Origin: Chloroflexota bacterium
GTDB taxonomy: Bacteria > Chloroflexota > Dehalococcoidia > UBA6926 > JACQUM01
DNA length: 35,565 nt
Assembly (NCBI GenBank): GCA_016210295.1
Contig: JACQUM010000018.1
Span: forward strand, 1-35,565
Direction of reading: 5' to 3'
The notes beneath the pieces were generated by a model, which saw only the letters and a list, made by a program, of their open reading frames with translations, had not been told where the DNA came from and ran no database searches. This document shows positions 23,787 to 32,643 of the stretch, piece by piece; within the stretch, counting starts at the first letter, position 1, and each line of letters opens with the position of its first letter. The position numbers and the translations under genes were made by a program.

Positions 23787-26204
23787 CTACCCTTTCCTTG
23801 TTAGCTTCGGAGAGGGGGTCTTGGCAGAAAGAGAGGCCGTTCCCTTCTGCAGGCTGATGTGGACGATGGTCGCTCCCTCGCCGCCCTCTGCCGCCTCCGC
23901 TATTTGGAAGGAGTCGACGAGGGGATGGCTGCCGAGATGGCGGTGAACGGCGCGACGAAGAGTCCCGGTTCCCTTTCCGTGGACCACGCGCAGCGTCGCC
24001 AGGCCGGAGAGGAAGGCTTGGTTGAGCCGAGCCTCCAGCTCTTCTATGGCCTCCTCCGTTGTCTTCCTGCGCAGGAGGATCTCAGAGGGCGGCTTTGCAG
24101 GGACTGGCACAGAGACGTCGGCCCTGGAAACGGAGCGCTGGACGGGTCCTCCTCTCCGCTCCTCCGGGAGCGGTTCGAGCTGGTGCCACGGCAGGCGCCC
24201 TCTCACTGCCCCCATCTGGACATCCACCTCTCCCTGCTCGTCGGGGGCAGTCAAAAGCATGCCCTGTACGCCGAGGCTAGGGATGTAGACAGGGGTGCCA
24301 GGCTTGGGAACGGCAGTTGGCCTTCGCTCCAGGGCAGCCCGCCGGGACGCGGTGGATAACGCTTGACGGACCTCCTCTGTCTCGTCGGTGTTTTCCCTCG
24401 CCGTTTCCCTGGTGACGAGCTGGTAGTCCAGCATGGCTCGAAGGCGCGCGAGGCGGGCTTGCAAGCGCTTGGTCTCCTCCAAGAGGTCTCGGCGGCCCTG
24501 CTCCTTGGCGCCTCGGCGCTCTCGCTCCGCCTCTTGCAGTTCCCTTTCCAGGGCTGCCCGAAGGGTCGCGGACTCCGTCTGCGCCTTCTCCGCGACACGG
24601 CGCAGCTCCGCAGTCTGGGCGCGCTCCTGTTGGATCTCGGCCAGGAGACTATCGATCTTGACGCGCTCCTGACCTAGGGTCTGTCGAGCCCTCTTCAAGA
24701 CGGAGGAGGGGACCCCCAGCCTCTGGGCGATGGCCAGGGCGTTGCTTCGGCCAGGCAGGCCCAGGACGAGACGATAGGTGGGAGCCAGGGTCTCGGCGTC
24801 GAACTCGACGCTGGCGTTGCGAGCGCCGGGCGTCGTCTGGGCGAAGCTCTTGAGGTCGCTGTGGTGCGTGGTGGCCACGGTGGTGATCCGACGCTCCAGG
24901 AGATAGGAGAGGATGGCCTGGGCCAGGGCGGAGCCCTCGTCGGGATCGGTGCCCGCGCCCAGTTCGTCCAGAAGCACGAGGCAGCCATCGTCTCCCTCCT
25001 GCAAGACCTGGACGATGGTGGCCATATGAGAGCTGAAGGTAGAGAGGGACTGCTCGATGGACTGTTCGTCGCCGATGTCGGCGAAGACCCGGCGGTAGAG
25101 CGGGACCCGGGCGGCCCGGGCGGGGACCTGAAGGCCGGCCAGGGCCATGAGGGAGAGCAACCCCACCGTCTTGAGGGCCACGGTCTTGCCTCCGGTGTTC
25201 GGGCCTGTGATGAGCAGGACAGTGGCAGGACCGCCCACCTCGATGGTGATGGGGACGGGCTCGCGTGGGATGAGGGGATGTCGTGCCTCCTCAAGACGCA
25301 GGGAGGCGCTCTCGGAAAGAGGGACGAGTTCCGGTTCCACGCCTCCCACCGCCTCCGCATGCCGTCCCTTGGCCAGGGCCAAGTCGAGGTGGGCGAGGAC
25401 CGCCAGGGCCTCGCCCAGGCGCGGCGCCTCCTCTGCGACGAGGCCCGTGAGGCGACGGAGGACGTGGTGCTCCTCGCGGGCCTCTTCCTCCTGGAGCTCG
25501 CGCCAGTGGTTCCCCAGGTCCACGACGCCCAGGGGCTCGATAAAGAGGGTCGCCCCGGTGCTGGAGACATCGTGGACGATGCCGGAGAGAGCGCTTCGGT
25601 GGTCGGCCTTGACAGGAAGGACGTACCGGTTGTTCCGCTGGGTGACGAGGCCCTCCTGGAGAACCTCGCGGTACTGAGGAGACTGGACAAAACGGTTCAT
25701 CGCCTCGACGAGGTGCTCGTGCGCGAGGCGGGTTTCCGCTCTCAGCTCGCGGAGAAGAGGAGAGGCGTCGTCGGCGAGATGGCCGTCGACCTGGATACAG
25801 CGCGTGATCTCCTTTTCCAGGGCCCAGAGTTCCGGCAGGTGTGAGCCGAGGTCGGCGAGGAGAGGGGCGGTCTCTTTCCTGCGAAGAAGGCTCGCCCGTG
25901 CCTGGCGCGTCACGCCGGCTGTGGTGGCGACCTCCAGGAGTTGGAAGCTGTCCAGGGTGCCTTCCTTGCGGGCGCGTTGGACAGCGGCGCGGACGTCGCG
26001 CACGGAGGTCAGGGGAGGCGCGGCCTTCTCCTGGAGAAGCCGCCGGGCCTCGCGGGTCTCCTGCTGGCGGCGGACCGCGGCTGCGGCGTCGGCGGTGGGG
26101 AGAAGCTCCAGGGCCTGCTCCCGGCCAAGGGACGTCGCGGCGAAGGCGGCCAGCCGCTCCCGGACGGCGGTGAACTCCAGAGTCTGGAGGGATTTGTCTT
26201 GCAT
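23787..26204 (-). CDS. mutS2: Endonuclease MutS2 (MutS ATPase plus C-terminal Smr domain)
   Basis: It has Walker A GPNTGGKT and DELGAGTDP, long coiled-coil segments, and the Smr domain LRVVHGKGTGTLRRAV, at 805 aa. Confidence 0.95.
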   Translation of the reverse strand: MQDKSLQTLEFTAVRERLAAFAATSLGREQALELLPTADAAAAVRRQQETREARRLLQEKAAPPLTSVRDVRAAVQRARKEGTLDSFQLLEVATTAGVTRQARASLLRRKETAPLLADLGSHLPELWALEKEITRCIQVDGHLADDASPLLRELRAETRLAHEHLVEAMNRFVQSPQYREVLQEGLVTQRNNRYVLPVKADHRSALSGIVHDVSSTGATLFIEPLGVVDLGNHWRELQEEEAREEHHVLRRLTGLVAEEAPRLGEALAVLAHLDLALAKGRHAEAVGGVEPELVPLSESASLRLEEARHPLIPREPVPITIEVGGPATVLLITGPNTGGKTVALKTVGLLSLMALAGLQVPARAARVPLYRRVFADIGDEQSIEQSLSTFSSHMATIVQVLQEGDDGCLVLLDELGAGTDPDEGSALAQAILSYLLERRITTVATTHHSDLKSFAQTTPGARNASVEFDAETLAPTYRLVLGLPGRSNALAIAQRLGVPSSVLKRARQTLGQERVKIDSLLAEIQQERAQTAELRRVAEKAQTESATLRAALERELQEAERERRGAKEQGRRDLLEETKRLQARLARLRAMLDYQLVTRETARENTDETEEVRQALSTASRRAALERRPTAVPKPGTPVYIPSLGVQGMLLTAPDEQGEVDVQMGAVRGRLPWHQLEPLPEERRGGPVQRSVSRADVSVPVPAKPPSEILLRRKTTEEAIEELEARLNQAFLSGLATLRVVHGKGTGTLRRAVHRHLGSHPLVDSFQIAEAAEGGEGATIVHISLQKGTASLSAKTPSPKLTRKG

Positions 26205-26588
26205 CTACCGCCCCTCGCTCGTGGAGCGCCGCCGGACGATCTCCACCCAGGAACGATCGAGGACGCTGCCTTTGATGGCGACGCCGGGCTTGCTCACGCG
26301 CACGCGCACCTCCTCGGCGGGCAGGGCCGCCAGGAGACGTTGAGCGATCTCTTCCGCCAGCGCCTCCAGGAGCTGCACGCTGGGCCCCTCCATCACCTCG
26401 CGCACCGTCCGGTAGGCGACACCGTAGTCCAGGGTGTCTTCCAGGCGGTCCGAGGAGGCGGCACGGGAAAGGTCTGCCACCATCTCCACGTCTACCACGA
26501 AGCGCTGGCCCATGCGGCGCTCCTCTTCTTTGACGCCGTGGTAGCCGTAGAAGACCATCCCTTCCAGACCGATGCGGTCCTGCGCCAT
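26205..26588 (-). CDS. folB: Dihydroneopterin aldolase
   Basis: From ATG 26588 the product is MAQDRIGLEGMVFYGYHGVKEEERRMGQRFVVDVEM...DTLDYG (127 aa). Its TAG directly abuts the mutS2 ATG. Confidence 0.9.
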   Translation of the reverse strand: MAQDRIGLEGMVFYGYHGVKEEERRMGQRFVVDVEMVADLSRAASSDRLEDTLDYGVAYRTVREVMEGPSVQLLEALAEEIAQRLLAALPAEEVRVRVSKPGVAIKGSVLDRSWVEIVRRRSTSEGR

Positions 26589-26596
26589 GCCTCTCC

Positions 26597-27355
26597 TCAG
26601 TCTCGGGACCAGCGCCAGGGATAGTGTCGGTAGGGCTGCCAGATGGGCTGGCCGTGAAGTCTGCGGTACAAGGCGACACTCCCCGCCCCCACGACGAAGC
26701 CGCCGATGTGCGCCCAGTAGGCGACTCCCTCCGATTGGGCGGAGACGCCCAGGGAACCGAGGCTGCTGAAGAACTGGAGGAGGAACCAGAAGCCCAGGAG
26801 ATAGACGGCGGGGATGCGGACCACGGTGACGAAGAAGAAGATGACGAGAGTCCGAACGCGGCTCAAGGGATAGAGCAAGAGGTAGGCGCCGAGGATTCCA
26901 GCGATGGCGCCGCTGGCCCCGATGGTGGGGACGTCGCTCCCCTGGTTGAAGAGGATGTGGGCGCCTGAGGCGGCCAGGCCGCAGGCGAGGTAGAAAAGCG
27001 CGTACCGCAGGTGGCCCAAGCGGTCCTCCACGTTGTCGCCGAAGACCCAGAGGTAGACCATGTTCCCAAGAACGTGGGCGAAGCCGCCGTGGATGAACAT
27101 AGAGGTGATAAGGGTGCCCCACAGAGGAATGGGCGTGGCGATCTCCAGCACGCGGGCGCCGATGTTCAGGGAGGTGAAGTCCTCGCCGCTAGTCAGCTCT
27201 GCGGGGACCGCGCCGAACTTATAGAAGAAGGCCATCTGGCCGAGGTCGCCCAGGGTCAGCTCGTAGAGGAAGACGAGGACGTTCAGGGCGATGAAGGCCC
27301 ACGTCACATAGGGGCGTCGGCTGCTGGGGACCTCGGGGTCGGACAGGGGGATCAA
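26597..27355 (-). CDS. Rhomboid-family intramembrane serine protease
   Basis: It has HGGFAHVLGNMVYLWVFG and the catalytic GASGAIAGILGAY, and later AHIGGFVVG. TTG start. Confidence 0.9.
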   Translation of the reverse strand: MIPLSDPEVPSSRRPYVTWAFIALNVLVFLYELTLGDLGQMAFFYKFGAVPAELTSGEDFTSLNIGARVLEIATPIPLWGTLITSMFIHGGFAHVLGNMVYLWVFGDNVEDRLGHLRYALFYLACGLAASGAHILFNQGSDVPTIGASGAIAGILGAYLLLYPLSRVRTLVIFFFVTVVRIPAVYLLGFWFLLQFFSSLGSLGVSAQSEGVAYWAHIGGFVVGAGSVALYRRLHGQPIWQPYRHYPWRWSRD

Positions 27356-27373
27356 GAAACGCTCGCTTTCCTA

Positions 27374-27400
27374 AAGAAGGAGGAAATTCTCCTCCTTCTT
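27374..27400. promoter_or_regulatory. Perfect 11-bp inverted repeat made of Shine-Dalgarno and anti-Shine-Dalgarno sequence
   Basis: AAGAAGGAGGA-aattc-TCCTCCTTCTT lies in the divergent intergenic region between the rhomboid and CoA-transferase genes. Confidence 0.5.
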
Positions 27401-27568
27401 CTCTTTACCCTCGTCATGCGGCGCCGCTCGAGATGCTAGGCTCTCTTTCTTCTCGGTGTCCCTTCCTTCTACCAGCATACCAGGCTGAGGTCCGGAGTTC
27501 GTTTGCCCAGAGCGAGGGATGGGATTGCTACAATGAGAACGCCAATTCCCAATAGCGAGGAGACCTCT

Positions 27569-28762
27569 ATGTCTGGCCCTCTCTCCGGTCTGCATATCCT
27601 GGACCTGACCCGCGTCCTCGCGGGCCCCTTTTGCACCATGCTCCTGTCGGACCTCGGGGCCGAGGTGATCAAGGTGGAGCAGCCGGAGGTGGGCGACCTG
27701 ACCCGCGGTACGGGGCCGTTCATGAAAGGGGAGAGCTACTATTTCATCAGCGTGAACCGAGGGAAAAAGAGCGTCACCGTGGACTTTTCCAAGGAGGAGG
27801 GGAAGGAGATCGTCCTGGGGATGGCGCAGAGGTGCGACGTTCTGGTGGAGAACTTCGTTCCCGGGACGATGGCGAAGTGGGGCCTGGGGTACGAGGCGCT
27901 GCGACAGGTCAACCCGCGGCTCATCTACTGCGCCATCTCTGGGTTCGGCCAGACGGGCCCCTATGCAGGGCGTCCGGCTCTGGACGTGGTGGTGCAGGCC
28001 ATGGGCGGGATCATGAGCATCACCGGAGAGCCAGGAGGCCCTCCCGTGCGCCCGGGCTCCTCTCTGGGGGACATCGTCGCCGGCCTCTACGCCGCGACGG
28101 CCATCCTGGCCGCCGTCTACGAGCGGGACCGGAGCGGCCAGGGGCAGATGGTGGACGTTCCCATGATGGATTGCCAGGTGGCGATCTTGGAGGCGGCCAT
28201 CGGAAGGTATCTGTGCACCGGCGAGGTGCCTGGCCCGCTCGGGAGCCGTCACCCCACCTTCACCCCTTTCCAGGCCTTCCGCACCGCCGATAGCTGGGTG
28301 GTGGCGGCTGTCGTGGGGGGCGTGAACGACATGTGGCCTCTCTTCTGCTCGGCCATCGGGCATGTCGAGATGATCGACGATCCCCGCTTCGCCGACGGGA
28401 ACCTCCGCACCGAGCACTACGCGGAGTTGGCGCCCATCCTGGAAGCCGCGATGCGGGGGAAGACGACGGACGAGTGGGTGGCGGAGTTCACCGAGATGGG
28501 TATCCCGTGCGGGCCGGTCAACACTATCGACCGCGTGGTGCACGACCCCAGCATCCAGGCCCACGGGATGATCGTGGACATTCCGCACAACTCCCTGGGC
28601 ACGGTGCCGGTCGTGGGCCTGCCTGTCGCGCTGTCCCGAACGCCTGGCAGGCCCCAGGGCGCCCCGCCGGACCTGGGACAGCACACAAAAGAGGTGTTGA
28701 CGGGTCTCCTGCGCTATTCCCCTGAGAAGGTGGCAGAGCTGCAGCGGAAGAGAGTCCTGTGA
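27569..28762 (+). CDS. Family III CoA-transferase (CaiB/BaiF/Frc-like)
   Basis: It has MSGPLSGLHILDLTRVLAGPFCTMLLSDLGAEVIKVE and GFGQTGPYAGRPALD. ATG 27569 follows a GAGGAG RBS at 7-nt spacing. Confidence 0.9.
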   Translation: MSGPLSGLHILDLTRVLAGPFCTMLLSDLGAEVIKVEQPEVGDLTRGTGPFMKGESYYFISVNRGKKSVTVDFSKEEGKEIVLGMAQRCDVLVENFVPGTMAKWGLGYEALRQVNPRLIYCAISGFGQTGPYAGRPALDVVVQAMGGIMSITGEPGGPPVRPGSSLGDIVAGLYAATAILAAVYERDRSGQGQMVDVPMMDCQVAILEAAIGRYLCTGEVPGPLGSRHPTFTPFQAFRTADSWVVAAVVGGVNDMWPLFCSAIGHVEMIDDPRFADGNLRTEHYAELAPILEAAMRGKTTDEWVAEFTEMGIPCGPVNTIDRVVHDPSIQAHGMIVDIPHNSLGTVPVVGLPVALSRTPGRPQGAPPDLGQHTKEVLTGLLRYSPEKVAELQRKRVL

Positions 28763-28827
28763 CGAGTGGTGTCCGCCCTGAGCCTGTCGAAGGGCGAGTG
28801 GCCTGGCGTTTTGTTACTCTGAGCGGA

Positions 28828-28920
28828 ACGAAGAGTCTAGCAAGGTGCTGAAAAAGGGGAGTGCAGAGGGGCGAAGCCCCTTTGCCGGGGGTCTGGGGGG
28901 GTGCCCCCCAGATATAATTT
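28828..28920. repeat. Intergenic structured repeat, copy B
   Basis: See copy A. It contains the hairpins GCAGAGGGG-cgaag-CCCCTTTGC and CTGGGGGG-gt-CCCCCCAG, followed by AGATATAATTT. Confidence 0.7.
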
Positions 28921-28967
28921 GGGGCTTGTATACTTGACGCAGTCCTTGCGTCAAGTATACAAGCCCC
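28921..28967. repeat. Perfect 21-bp-arm palindrome with a 5-nt loop
   Basis: GGGGCTTGTATACTTGACGCA-gtcct-TGCGTCAAGTATACAAGCCCC lies directly next to repeat copy B. Confidence 0.9.
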
Positions 28968-29500
28968 CTTCGATGCGTAGTTCGTTCTCTTCCAAATGCC
29001 GTTCCTGTCAGGTGTCCAACCCGCGGGAAACTGAAAACATCGCCCCCCTGCTTCTCCCCCAGGTACAGAGAAGATGTCCCCAAGGCGCTCCGCGCAATCT
29101 CTTAGACCGCACAGCACGCGAGTGCCCGTCCTCCGGTCAAGTCGGGCGACAAGGGGCGACCAGCCCTCTCTGATCCTCTGCGCACGAAGGACCTGCCACT
29201 CTAAGATCATCGCCTCGATTTCTTGCGACGAGCCATTGGGCACTTCCACCGTGCTTTCGACCTGTTTCAGCGCCCCAAGGGGTTCGCCTTCACCTTTCAT
29301 CAGCTCTCCAGTTCACCCTCCGTTGCGTATTGACGTGAGCTTGCAGGATACTGTCTCCGTAGCTCTCAATATTAGCGCCGCACCAGGTCCCGCTCCAGAG
29401 TGAACCGAAAAGGAGTAATTGCGTAACGTTCGTCACTACGAGCGAGCACAGCGAGTAGGGAATTCGCTATACTCCCCCTAGCTTGTCAGCGAGGTGACTC

Positions 29501-30328
29501 ATGCAGGTCACGTCTCATGTCTACGTCATGCACTACGATGACGGCGCCGTCGGACACCCCGGCGGCAGCAACAACTACTTCGTCGGCGATCCGAAGGAGG
29601 AGATGGTCCTCATCGACACGGGGGACCACCAGAAGGTCTGGACCCAGAAGGTCCTGGACTACTGGCGGAAGCTGGGCCGGCCTAAAATCGGCGCCATTCT
29701 CATCACCCACGGCCATGGCGACCACACCGGCGGTCTCGACCGCATCTACGAGGCCACGCGTGCCTTGGTCCGCTGCCATCCCAAGCTGGCCGAGCGGCTG
29801 CGGGTCGTGGTGGGTGAGAAGGCTGTCGTCCCCCTCCGCTCCACGGAGGTCATTCGGACGGGAGGGGGAGCCACTCTCCGGGCCCTGTTCACCCCTGGCC
29901 ACGAGGTGGATCACGTCTGCTACTACCTAAGGCAGGACCGTGTCCTGTTCACCGGCGACACCATCCTCGGCGCCTCCTCTTCCAGCGTGCGGGACCTGTC
30001 CAGCTATATGAAGTCCTTGCAGCTCCTGGCCCGCTACCGGCACGACACCATCTGCCCCGCTCACGGCCCCGTGGTGCCGTCTCCTCGCGGCGCCCGCCTC
30101 GTCCAGTGGTACATCAACCACCGCAACGAGCGGGAGCAGCAGGTCCTGGCCGCTCTGCGCAAGGGAATCGCCGACGTCTCCGAGATGGTGCGGGACATCT
30201 ACCCGCGCAACCTGAAGCGAGGGCTGGTGCACTCTGCGGAGGGGAATGTCCAGACCCATCTGGAGAAGCTGGTCAAAGAGGGCAGGGTGGCGGAGACGCC
30301 ACCTCGCTACGTCCTGAAGAAGAAGTAA
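29501..30328 (+). CDS. MBL-fold metallo-hydrolase (LACTB2-like, with a C-terminal winged-helix-like tail)
   Basis: It has ILITHGHGDHTGG (HxHxDH), later FTPGHEVDH and GDTIL, and a GAGGTGA RBS. Confidence 0.9.
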   Translation: MQVTSHVYVMHYDDGAVGHPGGSNNYFVGDPKEEMVLIDTGDHQKVWTQKVLDYWRKLGRPKIGAILITHGHGDHTGGLDRIYEATRALVRCHPKLAERLRVVVGEKAVVPLRSTEVIRTGGGATLRALFTPGHEVDHVCYYLRQDRVLFTGDTILGASSSSVRDLSSYMKSLQLLARYRHDTICPAHGPVVPSPRGARLVQWYINHRNEREQQVLAALRKGIADVSEMVRDIYPRNLKRGLVHSAEGNVQTHLEKLVKEGRVAETPPRYVLKKK

Positions 30329-30385
30329 AGCTCGGCGGTGCGGAACGTCTTCCAGCCCCCTGCCCATCCTGAAAGGTCTCAAGAG

Positions 30386-30404
30386 ACAGGGGGCTATCCC
30401 CTGT
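30386..30404. terminator. Short hairpin between convergent genes
   Basis: ACAGGGG-gctat-CCCCTGT forms a 7-bp stem. There is no clear U-tract. Confidence 0.35.
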
Positions 30405-30450
30405 AACCCCCGCCGAAAGGGCTTCCGCCCTCTCCGGACTCACTCGACGG

Positions 30451-30876
30451 TCACGAGGTCTCTTTGAGGATCGCCTGGGGCAGATCCAAGTTGACGACCA
30501 CGTTCTCCTGGTGGTCACGGACGACAATCATCTCGATGCCATCGGAGCCGCTGAGGTTGATCTCCTGGTGGATGATCCGTGGGGGCACATGGACGAAGTC
30601 GCCGGGCCCCGCCTCGATGCTCCGGTCCAGCAACGCGCCGAAACGAAAGCGGGCGTGACCTTTGATCATGTAGATGCCCGACTCGGCGTCGCCGTGGTGG
30701 TGGGCCCCCGAGCGCACACTCGGGGCCAACGTGACGAACCCGACCCACAGGTTCTGGGCACCCACTGTCTGCGCGGCAATGCCGGCGTAGCGATTCATGC
30801 CAGGAGTCTGCCCTGGGTCCAGCGTCAGTTCGCTGGCCCGGACGACCTGCAGCCCGGCCTTGCCGCGGGGAGGCAT
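30451..30876 (-). CDS. Cupin-domain protein
   Basis: It has the cupin motifs GAHHHGDAESGIYMIKG and GDFVHVPPRIIHQEIN. Its ATG overlaps the upstream stop (TGATG). Confidence 0.85.
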   Translation of the reverse strand: MPPRGKAGLQVVRASELTLDPGQTPGMNRYAGIAAQTVGAQNLWVGFVTLAPSVRSGAHHHGDAESGIYMIKGHARFRFGALLDRSIEAGPGDFVHVPPRIIHQEINLSGSDGIEMIVVRDHQENVVVNLDLPQAILKETS

Positions 30877-31874
30877 CAGCGCTCCTCTTCGCTCAACACA
30901 CGGGCCGTCGGCATGTGGATGCTCACCGGCTCTAGGTAGACGGGGGCCACGGCGGTCGTGCCGGGCAGGAGGTGCGAGACAGCCATCTTGAGGGGCTCCG
31001 TGGCCAAGTCCAGGAAAACGGGGTAGAGGTCATCGTGGTGGGCGGCCAGCAGGACTTTGGGCCGATAGAGCTCCACCAGAGGCAGGGTCCGCTCGTCGAG
31101 CTGGCGCCGGACCAGGGGCCGTCCGATGAAGCCGACGATGGCCGCGTCCACGCCTCCCAGGGAGCCGAAGTACTCCTGCTCCTCCTTGCTGATAGGGCCG
31201 GCGCTATCCCTGTAGACTAGGCGGAAGTCGCCGATCTCGAAGACAAGGCACATGGTGGCCTCTTCCATCACTCGCTTGTCCATGCTGCCGCGAGCGGAGA
31301 CGGAGTTGTAGTGAGCCTGCTCCTCAGGCGTCAATGGACCCTGGTCCTCCTCCCACTTCTCTCGGGCCTCCCGCAGGATTTGAATGTTGGGCATGGGAGC
31401 AGGCTCGTCCTCGTCTGCCAGAAGGTGGAAGCCGTGCAGCACCCGGACCCTATAGTCGCCGAAATCTACCAGGTCACCCGACTCCAGACCGGTGAGTCCC
31501 AGGGTCTGCTTGGCGGGCAGGCCCTCCTTGATCACGACGTTTGCGGCGATGGGGTGGCCAACGACCGTGGCGCCGGTCCGACCCGCCACGTAGGCGGCGT
31601 CGGCGATGTGGTCGTAATGAGGATGGCCGATGAAGATCTGCTCGGCGCGCACCACCTCTTTGGGAGTGAATCCCAAGGGGCGCATGCGGGGGCCGCGGTC
31701 ATAGAAGCAGTCCAGCAGCAGGACGTGGTCGCCGAAGGTCACTTCGAAGTTCGCTGTCCCCAGCCAGCGCAGGGTCACCACGTCCGGCCGAGGGTCCGGC
31801 CGGCCGCCCAGCATGGCCGGGGTTCCGAAAGCTGCCCGGTTTCCCCCGTGAGTGAACCGATATCTCGATGCCAT
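30876..31874 (-). CDS. MBL-fold metallo-hydrolase
   Basis: It has IFIGHPHYDHIADAAYVA (HxHxDH). ATG 31874 gives MASRYRFTHGG. Confidence 0.85.
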   Translation of the reverse strand: MASRYRFTHGGNRAAFGTPAMLGGRPDPRPDVVTLRWLGTANFEVTFGDHVLLLDCFYDRGPRMRPLGFTPKEVVRAEQIFIGHPHYDHIADAAYVAGRTGATVVGHPIAANVVIKEGLPAKQTLGLTGLESGDLVDFGDYRVRVLHGFHLLADEDEPAPMPNIQILREAREKWEEDQGPLTPEEQAHYNSVSARGSMDKRVMEEATMCLVFEIGDFRLVYRDSAGPISKEEQEYFGSLGGVDAAIVGFIGRPLVRRQLDERTLPLVELYRPKVLLAAHHDDLYPVFLDLATEPLKMAVSHLLPGTTAVAPVYLEPVSIHMPTARVLSEEER

Positions 31875-32021
31875 GGTGCCCCCCGAGTGTGTGCTCTTAT
31901 CTGGTGAAAAATCACCAGACGCGACCATGCCATGGTATGCGAGAAAGTGAAGGCTCGCAAGTCGCGGCAGAGGAGGGGGAGCCCTGAGACCTCACCACCG
32001 AGGACCACCGTGCTGGTGGCC

Positions 32022-32053
32022 TTGACATTCCACCTAACTGGAAGGTTTATCAT
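32022..32053 (+). promoter_or_regulatory. MerR-type promoter with a long spacer and a CueR-like dyad
   Basis: It reads TTGACA (32022-27), a 20-nt spacer, then TATCAT (32048-53). The spacer carries ACATTCC-N8-GGAAGGT (32025-32046), resembling the E. coli copA operator ACCTTCC-N7-GGAAGGT as I remember it. Confidence 0.6.
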
Positions 32054-32092
32054 ACAAGCAAATGATAGAACCTAGGGATGGTGGGTGACGGA

Positions 32093-32575
32093 ATGAAGAT
32101 CGGCGAGTTGGCGAGAGAGGCAGGCGTCACGGCCAAGACAGTCCGCTACTACGAGCAACTGGGCCTCCTGGAGGAGCCTCCCAGGACCGAGGCGAGGTAC
32201 CGCATCTATGGGCCGGCGCACGCGGAGCGCCTGGAGTTCATCGTTCAGGCGAAGCGGCTGGGGCTCTTGCTGGGGGAGGTCCGCGACATCTTGACTTTGC
32301 ATGAGCAAAGACAGGCTCCCTGCGTCCATGTCTTGGCCCTGCTGGATCAGAAGCTGGAGCAGGTCCAGGCGATCATGGAGGACCTCCAGCAGTTCCAAAG
32401 GGAGGTCCGGCGCCTCAAGGCCGAGTCGGAGAGGCGCCTTGCGGGATTGCCCGTCGGCGCCCGCATCTGCGGCATCATCGAACAAGGCATCCATGCTCGA
32501 GGCGAGGTGGCCCTGGCCTGGCTGGAGGGCAGGGGAAAGGCCAGAAAGGACCGCTTGAGCCCTCGCCCATCTTGA
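32093..32575 (+). CDS. MerR-family (heavy-metal-responsive type) transcriptional regulator
   Basis: It has MKIGELAREAGVTAKTVRYYEQLGLL, a coiled-coil dimerisation helix, and Cys residues at APCVH and ARICGII. Confidence 0.9.
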   Translation: MKIGELAREAGVTAKTVRYYEQLGLLEEPPRTEARYRIYGPAHAERLEFIVQAKRLGLLLGEVRDILTLHEQRQAPCVHVLALLDQKLEQVQAIMEDLQQFQREVRRLKAESERRLAGLPVGARICGIIEQGIHARGEVALAWLEGRGKARKDRLSPRPS

Positions 32576-32643
32576 CTTTCCCTTCGTCAGGAAGGTGTAG
32601 GCTGGGCGCGAAGATAGAATGAAAGGGGAGGGTGATTGCTGAG

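Noticed and set aside
26205-27122. The 305-aa ORF taken as a single protein.
   Set aside because: Only the last 127 codons (from ATG 26588) match dihydroneopterin aldolase. The upstream part overlaps the rhomboid gene in another frame and has a Pro/Arg-rich composition.
29418-29480. A mini-ORF after AAAGGAG (TTG CGT AAC ... about 20 codons) upstream of the MBL hydrolase gene.
   Set aside because: The RBS spacing is only 3 nt. There is no conservation evidence and no paralogue, so it cannot be told apart from chance.
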